From: a virus
Reading direction: 5' to 3' (one strand)
IMG/VR virus record: IMGVR_UViG_3300045136_000267
DNA length: 64,000 nt
Shown here: in pieces, positions 39,625-48,442 of the stretch
Layout: each line of letters starts with the position of its first letter
Position numbering within the stretch: position 1 is the stretch's first letter
Made by a program: the position numbers and the translations under genes
Notes under the pieces: model-generated
What the model saw: the letters and a program-made list of their open reading frames with translations, nothing else
What the model was told of the DNA's origin: nothing
The model's database searches: none

Positions 39625-40004
39625 TGTGGATAAAACTACTTATAAAATCACATCAGGGATTATCTCTAATAATACAAAAGCTAGACAATATTCTAATGAA
39701 TATCACGTAGAGTGTAAAGCGTTAGATAATAATAAGTTAGGATTGATAGGCGCTTCTCTTTTCGCAGTTTGCTCAATAGCTCAATTTCTTACTACCCTAA
39801 TACCAATGGTAGTAAGAGGTGTTACTTCTTTACAGGAAGTAACTATACAAGGTAATTATTATGTTCCAGGCGAACATGATGGAAAAATAGTAGAAGTTAG
39901 ATGTAACGGTAAAACCGTAAAGATAAGAGTTAGTCATAAGATTCAGTACGTGAAGCTAAATATTTGCAGGCGCTAATTAATACAAATTCAGCCTGCCAGA
40001 ACAC

Positions 40005-40034
40005 GCCGCTGAAGTAAGTTCAGCGGCTTTTTCT
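40005..40034 (+). terminator. Rho-independent terminator
   Basis: GCCGCTGAA-gtaag-TTCAGCGGC followed by TTTTT. Confidence 0.75.
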
Positions 40035-40059
40035 CCCTTTTAGCTAAAAAACCATTCCC

Positions 40060-41103
40060 ATGTTTTTATTCACTGCAGACTGGCACATCCGAAATAAACC
40101 TAAGAATGTAATTGCTAGAAAGATTATAGAGAATGATCAAGTAATAGCCATAAATTTATTCTCGCGTAAACTAAAAGAACTTAAACCAGATTCAGTTTTT
40201 CTGCTTGGCGATATATTTGATACTAACAGAGTTAGCGGTCACGCTATCCAGTTGTTAACCAATGTAATTGAGTTGTGTAAAACACTTAAAATAAAGTTAT
40301 TCTTTGTAGAAGGGCAACACGACAAAAACGAGGTTCCTATATTATCTGCTATAGATCCCTATGTAAAGTTACTGGATAAGATATTAATTGAATTTAATAG
40401 TTTCAAAATATATGGACTATCTATTCTAGATACTCTACCGACGGAAAAGATAGTTACTAATGCAGATTTTTTAGTAACACATCAAGTATGGCAAGAGATA
40501 TTACCATTCTTGCCTACTTTGAATCTTAGTCTAATAGATGCTAAAGAAGTTATCTCAGGAGATTATCATAAACCTATATCTATTAAGAACTTACATTTTA
40601 CTGGTACATTGTATCCACAAAGTATTTCAGAAGTAGAAGACAAATCTGTCTTATTCTTTGATGGTAAAGAATTAACTAGAATAGGCATTCCTTCTAGAAA
40701 ACTATTTAGATTTGAGATAAATAAAGCAACAGACACATTTAACTTGCAGAAGCAGATAGAAGAAATCATTAACAATTGTAAAGATTTACCTGCTGAAATA
40801 AAAGTTCCCATAATTGAACTTAGATTTACTGGAATGGATAAATCTGAATATCCAAAAGAATTACAATTTTTAATTAAAGAATTGTCAGATCAGGTTCTTT
40901 TTTCTCAAGCTTTCGTTCAGGAAGAAACTGTCAAAGAAGAAGTTAATAACAAAGATAAATCCATTCTTTCTTTGGAAGAGAATATTAGGAAATGTACAGA
41001 CAATGAAGAAGTAATAAATCTGTGTCTGAATTGTATTGACAGAGGAATGCCTGCTATCGAGGAGTATTTTAATGCTGACATTAGAAAGTCTCAGAATTGT
41101 TAA
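40060..41103 (+). CDS. sbcD: SbcD/Mre11-like metallophosphoesterase nuclease
   Basis: ADWH, GDIFD, GQHD, VTHQ and GDYH motifs. Confidence 0.9.
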   Translation: MFLFTADWHIRNKPKNVIARKIIENDQVIAINLFSRKLKELKPDSVFLLGDIFDTNRVSGHAIQLLTNVIELCKTLKIKLFFVEGQHDKNEVPILSAIDPYVKLLDKILIEFNSFKIYGLSILDTLPTEKIVTNADFLVTHQVWQEILPFLPTLNLSLIDAKEVISGDYHKPISIKNLHFTGTLYPQSISEVEDKSVLFFDGKELTRIGIPSRKLFRFEINKATDTFNLQKQIEEIINNCKDLPAEIKVPIIELRFTGMDKSEYPKELQFLIKELSDQVLFSQAFVQEETVKEEVNNKDKSILSLEENIRKCTDNEEVINLCLNCIDRGMPAIEEYFNADIRKSQNC

Positions 41104-42985
41104 TCTATTTCAATATGAAGATGCAGAAGTACATTTTACTCCAGGGATTAATTTGATTACTGGACCAAACGGATCTGGTAAAACAAATATTATAAATTGT
41201 ATCTTCTATGCTCTATCTGGTAACCTACCAACAGTTAAAGAGAAATGCTATAGAATTGGGTCCTCTGCTAAAGACGCTTTAGTTGAATTAACTTTAGTCT
41301 CAAATAGAGATAGATATAAAATAACTAGATTTTTAGATACACCAGGTAAAACTAGCATAATAAAAGGTAAATCCCTGATTGCTATAGGAGCGGAAAAGGT
41401 TAATTCAGCTATTCTAGAACTTTTAGGCTCTGATAACAAAATAGATATATCTAATGTATATGTAACTCAGGATAAGCTGCGATTTATTATTGATAGTCCT
41501 CCTAGAGAAAGAAAACAGTGGCTACTCAACATTCTAGGTTTATCAAAAATAAAATCTCTATGTGAAAATCTAGGTGTATTTATAAATACCTGGAAGAAGG
41601 TTATCTCTGAAGTAAACTTAGATTCTATTGAAAAAGAGATAGAAGAATTAACAAATAAATTGAATTCTATACCTAGTATAGATAAAACTGCAGAACAAAT
41701 AACAAAAGAGATACAAGAGGTAATCAATAAAATATCTGAAGCTAAGGTGATAGAACAGTTATTGAGCATGCTGCAAGAACTAACTGATAAAGAGGGAGAA
41801 GTAATAAATAAAAAGGAGGATTTTAAAAAGAAATTGATTCTAACAGAAGAACAGATTTCTAATCATTTACAAGCAACAGCTACCATCAAGAAATTAAGAC
41901 AAGACGCTCTTTCTGTATTCAGAAGAAGACAGAAGATTCTTAAAAAGACAGAACAGATTTCTATTAAAGAGCTAGAGAACAAGAACTTATTTCTGAGGGT
42001 AAAATTACAAACTATCCTCAATAATTTATCTGCTTGCCCAATATGCGAAACTCCTACCCATGAAACTGACTTAACAAAAGCTACTGTAGAATCTGTAGAG
42101 CAAGAGATAGCTGAAAATAATGAATTGATTATTAAGATAAAGAAGGAGATTCTAGCAGCCACAAAAGATACTGGAATTCTCAGAGAAGAAGTCAAATCAA
42201 AAATCAAATTTATAAGAGAAGAAATAAATAAGAATAAATCTTTATTACTGAAAGACGTCTCAGAAGAAATAGTAAATCAGCAGTCTAAGATAATAGATGA
42301 AATCAAGAAACTAGAAAATGAATTAGATCATATCTCTGCAAGTATAACTGATATAACAGATAAAACTAAAGGAAAGAAATATATTCGTAGGGAAAAAGAG
42401 GAAGAGAAATTAAAATTACTAGAGCAGGAAAGAGAAATTCTATTTGAAAGGAAATCTGTTACAGAGTTATTAAATAGCAAGATAAAGGAAAGGGATAAAT
42501 TAAAGGAATTTAAGGATAAAGAGAAAAAGCTGGAAATTATCAAAGAGGTCAGAAGGATATTCTCTTCCGAACAGTTTATAGCAAACGCAACTACCTCTTT
42601 TACCAAGAAGTTAGAATCAAGGATAAATAGATATTTATCTGTCTTACAAGCTAACTATAGAATAGAATTCTCTCCTCTTATGGAAGTCCTAACTAAATTC
42701 CACGATGGTAAAATACTAACAGAAAAATCATTATCTTTTGGTGAGCAGTTGATGCTTTGCCTCAGCTTCAACTTCTCTATATTAGCAGATACTAATTCTG
42801 GCTTCATTCTCTTAGACGAACCTACTCTTGGACTAGATGAATATCGCGTGTCTCTGTTACCAGAATTCTTTCGCGAAGTAGCGAAGGTGATGTCTGATGA
42901 ATATCAGTTCATCTGTACCTCTCATGAAGAAAGGCTGGTCTCCGGAGCAGATTCCGTAATTGATGTCCTAAGTCTGCAGGCGTGA
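41072..42985 (+). CDS. sbcC: SbcC/Rad50-like SMC ATPase
   Basis: GPNGSGKT, coiled coils, CPIC zinc hook, LSFGE signature, LDEPT, TSH. Confidence 0.92.
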   Translation: MLTLESLRIVNLFQYEDAEVHFTPGINLITGPNGSGKTNIINCIFYALSGNLPTVKEKCYRIGSSAKDALVELTLVSNRDRYKITRFLDTPGKTSIIKGKSLIAIGAEKVNSAILELLGSDNKIDISNVYVTQDKLRFIIDSPPRERKQWLLNILGLSKIKSLCENLGVFINTWKKVISEVNLDSIEKEIEELTNKLNSIPSIDKTAEQITKEIQEVINKISEAKVIEQLLSMLQELTDKEGEVINKKEDFKKKLILTEEQISNHLQATATIKKLRQDALSVFRRRQKILKKTEQISIKELENKNLFLRVKLQTILNNLSACPICETPTHETDLTKATVESVEQEIAENNELIIKIKKEILAATKDTGILREEVKSKIKFIREEINKNKSLLLKDVSEEIVNQQSKIIDEIKKLENELDHISASITDITDKTKGKKYIRREKEEEKLKLLEQEREILFERKSVTELLNSKIKERDKLKEFKDKEKKLEIIKEVRRIFSSEQFIANATTSFTKKLESRINRYLSVLQANYRIEFSPLMEVLTKFHDGKILTEKSLSFGEQLMLCLSFNFSILADTNSGFILLDEPTLGLDEYRVSLLPEFFREVAKVMSDEYQFICTSHEERLVSGADSVIDVLSLQA

Positions 42986-43869
42986 GTATGCACAGCACAT
43001 CCAAGAAGTTCTTTGTGTTCAACACTGGGAAAAACATTTATGGCTATCCAGGTAAGCCTATAACATTTGCAGATATTTATGCTGCAAAGCCAGAGTTTAT
43101 CTATACTAATGGAATCTACCAAGCATTTTCTATTATTAGTGAATTTGATAGAAAGATAACCGTTAAAGTATCTGCACCGACGTTATGGCAAGGTAATACC
43201 CTTCTCAAACTATTTAATAGGGTAAGAAATCTGAGTAAAGTCATACCTACCTCCCGTGGAGGATTTAGGCAAGTGACTGATGTAGATTCTTCTATTTATC
43301 GTTTGAGATATCAGCTAGAGAATGGTTCTATCTCTAATCTAGAATATCCCCTCGTAATTACTAATACCTTATTCAATTGGGAACTTACTCAGAAATTGCA
43401 ATTCTTTCCATTCCTCAGCCTCCCCCATTTATACAAACTTTATAGCCTAATTCTCGACGTACGCTGGTTCTTTTATCCGGAGCATAAAATAAGTAAGCTA
43501 GAACGATATTTTGGTTACGGAGTTAAGAAAGATGACTATAATGATAAACTTTATGATAGAATAGACACGCTTAGAAGTACCTGGAAAGAACTAAACATAG
43601 CAGAAAGTATAAAAGCATGTGAAAAAGATATAGATATTTCAGATCCAAAGCTATTTCTCTGGAGATATTGGTATTCTTGTCTTACAAAGACGCATAGTGA
43701 AGCTAGCGCCGACTTTAAAACTTCAAAGAAATTCTTATCTATTCTAGCATACCTATGGATAGATTCTGTCTACGCCCACTGTTATGATAGGCTATTCGAA
43801 CCTACTAGAATTTTAGACGACGCGGCTGCTAAGGAGTACATCTTATGGTCGAAACAAAAGTGCTCTTAG
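42982..43869 (+). CDS. Hypothetical protein
   Basis: GTG start overlapping the sbcC stop. Confidence 0.6.
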   Translation: MSMHSTSKKFFVFNTGKNIYGYPGKPITFADIYAAKPEFIYTNGIYQAFSIISEFDRKITVKVSAPTLWQGNTLLKLFNRVRNLSKVIPTSRGGFRQVTDVDSSIYRLRYQLENGSISNLEYPLVITNTLFNWELTQKLQFFPFLSLPHLYKLYSLILDVRWFFYPEHKISKLERYFGYGVKKDDYNDKLYDRIDTLRSTWKELNIAESIKACEKDIDISDPKLFLWRYWYSCLTKTHSEASADFKTSKKFLSILAYLWIDSVYAHCYDRLFEPTRILDDAAAKEYILWSKQKCS

Positions 43870-45335
43870 TAGACAGAGGAAACTATCTTTTCATTAAAGA
43901 CCATAAACAGTACGATTCCCTAATTTACAAAGAGCTTTCATATGTGCATAAGCAATACGATGTGAATTATGCACATATGGTTATGTTAAGGAAAACGTGC
44001 TATGAAGAAATAGATGTTAAAAATGAAAAGATAATAGTAACTCCAAGTGGTTTCCTAGATAGAATTAAGGCATTATTTGAAAGAAATAACATTAAATATG
44101 AATATCAAAAACAAGGAGATTTCCATGACTGCGTTGCAGAATATACAGATGAATCCCTGTTAGGGAATATCACTCTCAGAGGAAAGCAAATTCAGTGTCT
44201 TAAACAGATATTAACAAATCGACGAGGAATAATTAAAGCGCCTGTAGGCTTCGGCAAATCTTTCTTGTTTCCAGTCCTTGCCAGATTGGCTAGCTCTGCT
44301 AAAATTGACATAGTAGTCAAGAGGAAGGACATTGCCCAGGCTATTTATAAGGATTGCAAGAACTTCTGCATTCCTGTAGGATTAGTAACTTCTGGTAAAA
44401 AGCATAAACAAAGGGTTACTATCTATACCGCTGGCAGCCTTGGTCATTCTGACTATGACGCAAATCTTGTCTTAGTAGATGAATGCCATGAGCTGGCTAC
44501 TGATAGATATCTTTCTTATCTTCTAAGATATAAGAAAGCCAATATCTTCGGATTCTCTGCCACTCCTTTCACTCGATTTGATAACGAAGGATTCGTTCTA
44601 GAGGGAGTATTCGGAAAAGTTATCTATGAATCCACTTATAACGATAATGTATCAGTTAAAAGCGTAGTTCCTATAGTCATAAGGTGGATTCCTGTAAGTT
44701 ATCATCAGAAGTATAGTAACATAAAACATGAAGCTATCTATAAGAAAATATTCATTTGGAATAACATAAACAGGAATCGTAAGATAGCTCAAGTAGCGGA
44801 TGAGTATTTGAACCAGGGTAAGCAAGTACTCATAATTACTGAAACAGTAGAACACGCTCTCAGACTTAAAGCGTTACTGCCTAGATTTACTCTCTGCACA
44901 GGGGCTGTATCTGCTACCAAGATAAAGAGATTCAAAGCTCAAGGATTGCCAGTAGATAGCTTAAATGTAGCAGGGAGGAGCGAATTATACGATGACTTTA
45001 AATCTAGGAAGTTGATGGGTGTAATAGCCACAGACGTGTGGTCAACAGGTGTAAGCTTTGATGATTTAGATGTACTAGTTAGAGCAGATGCTAGAGCTAG
45101 CGGTACTATAAGTACTCAGGTACCAGGAAGAGTTTCTCGTATCCCTAAATTGACAGATAAGGAAGTAGGAATAGTAGTAGATTTTGCTGATATCTTTGAC
45201 ACTAAGTTATATAATAGGTCACTTAGTAGATTTAGAATTTACAAACAATTGGGATGGATACAATGCGATGCATTACTGCATCCGATTACAAAGCTTTCAG
45301 ACTTAAAGAATCCTTCTATCTTTACACAGCTCTAA
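43845..45335 (+). CDS. Superfamily 2 DExH helicase (UvsW/ResIII-like)
   Basis: APVGFGKS, DECH, SAT and QVPGRVSR motifs. Confidence 0.9.
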   Translation: MVETKVLLVDRGNYLFIKDHKQYDSLIYKELSYVHKQYDVNYAHMVMLRKTCYEEIDVKNEKIIVTPSGFLDRIKALFERNNIKYEYQKQGDFHDCVAEYTDESLLGNITLRGKQIQCLKQILTNRRGIIKAPVGFGKSFLFPVLARLASSAKIDIVVKRKDIAQAIYKDCKNFCIPVGLVTSGKKHKQRVTIYTAGSLGHSDYDANLVLVDECHELATDRYLSYLLRYKKANIFGFSATPFTRFDNEGFVLEGVFGKVIYESTYNDNVSVKSVVPIVIRWIPVSYHQKYSNIKHEAIYKKIFIWNNINRNRKIAQVADEYLNQGKQVLIITETVEHALRLKALLPRFTLCTGAVSATKIKRFKAQGLPVDSLNVAGRSELYDDFKSRKLMGVIATDVWSTGVSFDDLDVLVRADARASGTISTQVPGRVSRIPKLTDKEVGIVVDFADIFDTKLYNRSLSRFRIYKQLGWIQCDALLHPITKLSDLKNPSIFTQL

Positions 45336-45928
45336 GCAAAGGAAATGCAGCTAATGTCTATCAATATCAAAGGACTATAAAAGCTGTTGATACCAGAAGT
45401 CATAATACTGCACTGAAAATAGTAAAGAAGTTAGAAGAAAATGATATTTCTGATTATGAAGGTTATGTAAGAGCAGGATTTGTTGTATTCAGACAACCTT
45501 ATTTGAATATGCTATTAAGTGATAAGGTTCTAAAAGATTACGTAAGTCGTTTAGCTACAAGGCTTAACCAATTTTCCAATAATATTATTTCCTGCCTCCA
45601 CAAATTCAGTGTAGATTGTACGACCCCTCCTATATCCTTGTTACAAAACGAGGAGGTCAGATTCGTCTTAGCAGCTAAACAAGTGGAGAATCCTATCGTA
45701 AGACTTTACCTGTTATTCACTTACACGAATAAAGCACTTCCTAAATCCTTAATAAGGCAGTCTATGTTACAATACAAGTTGTGGCCTCTTGCTTATCACA
45801 AGACAGAAATAGGTAAAATAATTCTGAATAAGATAGATCACATTCTTAATATTAAAGACGATAATGGAGGTTTATATGATTCAGCAATGGAAAAAGATGA
45901 TAATAAATTTCTGTGTCAAGAAAAATAA
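45254..45928 (+). CDS. Hypothetical protein
   Basis: ORF between the two helicase genes. Confidence 0.5.
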   Translation: MDTMRCITASDYKAFRLKESFYLYTALSKGNAANVYQYQRTIKAVDTRSHNTALKIVKKLEENDISDYEGYVRAGFVVFRQPYLNMLLSDKVLKDYVSRLATRLNQFSNNIISCLHKFSVDCTTPPISLLQNEEVRFVLAAKQVENPIVRLYLLFTYTNKALPKSLIRQSMLQYKLWPLAYHKTEIGKIILNKIDHILNIKDDNGGLYDSAMEKDDNKFLCQEK

Positions 45929-45999
45929 AGGCAAAATAGATATGACGGATATTATCCTAAGCAAAGATATTAAAGAAAAGACAACGAAAAGAAAGGATT

Positions 46000-47505
46000 T
46001 TGTCCGTGGTAAGGATAAGTAGGGAGATAATTCAGTATGTTATCATTGCTGCGGCCAAGAACGAAAAGTTACTCCTGGAATTAAAGTCTAGGATAAATGA
46101 CAAATGCTTCACTATTGCCGAAATACTTGAAGAATACATCTGGAAAGCATTAGTAGATTACTATGAAACTACAGACTCACTGCCGGATGCTCTTACTCTG
46201 AAGACTAATACTATTAGATTACTGCTCAAAGATGAAATAAACTATGATGAGAATAATCTGAAAGAATTTCTAGAATATTTTGAGAATGATGAAGTTTCTG
46301 AGAAATTTGCCAGAGAACTAGCTTTAGAGTGGCTAGTGCATAGAAAAGTTGTAGAACCACTACCACAGAAACTAAGTGAAGATGTAAATAAAGTAGTTCC
46401 AGCTTTAGATAAAGCTCTTGAAGAAATAAATAGTCTCAGATTCGTAGAAGATTCTACTGAATCTATATTCAAGTCTTATGAAGAGAGACATGAGTCTATA
46501 GAGAATATAGTTACTCTAGGAATTCCGTTCCTAGATGACAAATTCAATGGGGGTCTATTACCTAATGAGGTAACGCTGTTATTAGGTCCTTCTGGCGTAG
46601 GTAAAACTACTCTCTCCGTACAAATAGCTTGTAGCTGTGCTAAATACGCATATGCAAATAATCTAGAAGGCAAAGTTGTTTATGTAACGTACGAAGATGA
46701 CAAATCTAAGATTGCAGAAAGAGTCATTGCAAATCTAGCAAGAATTCCTAGATCTAGATTACTTAAGATTACAAATCCTGAAGAGCAGCTAGATAGAGTT
46801 AATCCAGCGCCAGGTTACGAGCATCTGATAAATAGAGATTATGCACCAGAGTATGAAAGATATCACTCTATTAAATGGATAGATAAATATCTGACAGTCT
46901 TAGATTTCTCTGGTAGATCAGGGCAACCTTCTCTAGGTTGCGGCGGCTTCGATGAAATCTTGGCCGTATTAAAGACAATGAAGCAAGACAAGATTCGTCT
47001 TATCTTGATAGATTGGTTAGGGGTAATGGCTAATAGATATCTTTATTCTACTAATGTTAGAAATTCTAAAGACGAGTATATCCGTATTCTTAAAGATGCT
47101 CCAGATACTGCTTATAGGAAACTATGTAAGAACTTTGATGCTCCAGTAATATTAGTACATCAATTGGCTGGTGCTGTAAACAAACTATCACCTAACAAAC
47201 AAGTGCATCACAGCGACGCAGAAGGTTGTAAGAGCATTGCTGTATCTGCTATGCACTGTATTACTTTAGGTACTCTAGATAAAGATTCTAGATGTAGAAT
47301 GGATATTACTAAAACTCGTAGAAATAAGAAACCAGATGGCTCTGTCCTTCAACTCAACGGCAACTTCAATGAGTTTATCGACCTGTCTAATGATGTTATT
47401 ATTGATTCTGCTACTGGTTACTTTGTCAGCAGAGAAGATTTCTTAGCAGAAAGAGAAGAAGAGGCTAGAGACAAATATGACGATATCAGAAAGAAATACT
47501 TCTAA
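46000..47505 (+). CDS. DnaB-like replicative helicase
   Basis: GPSGVGKTT, YVTYE, ILIDW, HQL and K.R finger. Confidence 0.85.
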   Translation: MSVVRISREIIQYVIIAAAKNEKLLLELKSRINDKCFTIAEILEEYIWKALVDYYETTDSLPDALTLKTNTIRLLLKDEINYDENNLKEFLEYFENDEVSEKFARELALEWLVHRKVVEPLPQKLSEDVNKVVPALDKALEEINSLRFVEDSTESIFKSYEERHESIENIVTLGIPFLDDKFNGGLLPNEVTLLLGPSGVGKTTLSVQIACSCAKYAYANNLEGKVVYVTYEDDKSKIAERVIANLARIPRSRLLKITNPEEQLDRVNPAPGYEHLINRDYAPEYERYHSIKWIDKYLTVLDFSGRSGQPSLGCGGFDEILAVLKTMKQDKIRLILIDWLGVMANRYLYSTNVRNSKDEYIRILKDAPDTAYRKLCKNFDAPVILVHQLAGAVNKLSPNKQVHHSDAEGCKSIAVSAMHCITLGTLDKDSRCRMDITKTRRNKKPDGSVLQLNGNFNEFIDLSNDVIIDSATGYFVSREDFLAEREEEARDKYDDIRKKYF

Positions 47506-48442
47506 AGTACTGAATGCCCAGTTATACAATAAATTGTCAAATTTATTCCATAATATCAAAATCCATAGGCAAGGTGACAAAGCTGTCTACAGAACTATCA
47601 GTAACAAAATAGATATCATAGATTGGGGCGAGTGTTATTCTGTAGACTGCCCCTTCTGCGGGGATAAAAGATCCAGGTTGTGGATCAGCCATATCTGGGG
47701 AATGCAGGTAGGTAAATATAAAGTATACCCTGCTGTTTGTTACAACTCTAATTGTATAAATAGTAAAGCTAAAAGATTTAAGTTAATCAAAGCAATTGCA
47801 TTTAATACTACCTGCGTAGTAGCTAATACACAGATAATAAAGTGTCAAGATACAGAAGAGATTAGTGAACTAAAGGAAGCCTTTATCCCCAAAGGCTCTA
47901 TCTCTTTGGTAAATACAATATATGAGCTAGCTTACAACTACATAAGAGAACGAGGATTTGATCCTAAATCTTTAGCTCAAAAATATAATCTATATGTAAA
48001 TATAGATGCTAGAAACGGTTTCCTGAATAATAGGATTATTATTCCAGTGTACTTTAAGGAGAAACTGGTAGGCTGGACTGCTAGAACTATAAATGACAGC
48101 TCTCCTAAATATATTCATATGCCTGGAATGAAAACAAAAACAATTCTATTTAACTTTGATAATGCTGTAAAATATAGATCCTCTGTGATCATAGTCGAAG
48201 GAGTGTTTGACGTATTCCGAATGACGGAAACTCTTGGTAAAGAAAATACTGTGTGTTTATTTGGAAAGACCGCTTCTAGCACACAGATAGATCTACTGGA
48301 AAAGAATTGGAAGCGTAAGGTTGTATTACTAGATAAAGATGCAGAGGCAGAAGCCAAAGAATTAGCATCGAGATTAACTAACGCCGTTGTCCTTAGCTCT
48401 GAAATAACTGATGATCCTGATTCCTTCTTCCACGACCAATGA
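47477..48442 (+). CDS. DNA primase (Zn-finger plus TOPRIM)
   Basis: CPFC..C..C, RIIIP, GWTAR, PKY, VEGVFD and LDKD. Confidence 0.9.
   Translation: MTISERNTSKVLNAQLYNKLSNLFHNIKIHRQGDKAVYRTISNKIDIIDWGECYSVDCPFCGDKRSRLWISHIWGMQVGKYKVYPAVCYNSNCINSKAKRFKLIKAIAFNTTCVVANTQIIKCQDTEEISELKEAFIPKGSISLVNTIYELAYNYIRERGFDPKSLAQKYNLYVNIDARNGFLNNRIIIPVYFKEKLVGWTARTINDSSPKYIHMPGMKTKTILFNFDNAVKYRSSVIIVEGVFDVFRMTETLGKENTVCLFGKTASSTQIDLLEKNWKRKVVLLDKDAEAEAKELASRLTNAVVLSSEITDDPDSFFHDQ

Noticed and set aside
39614-39976. 120-aa plus-strand ORF as annotated
   Set aside because: Its GTG start overlaps the divergent terminase start and has no RBS; at most a shorter ORF from the internal ATG near 39806 is plausible.
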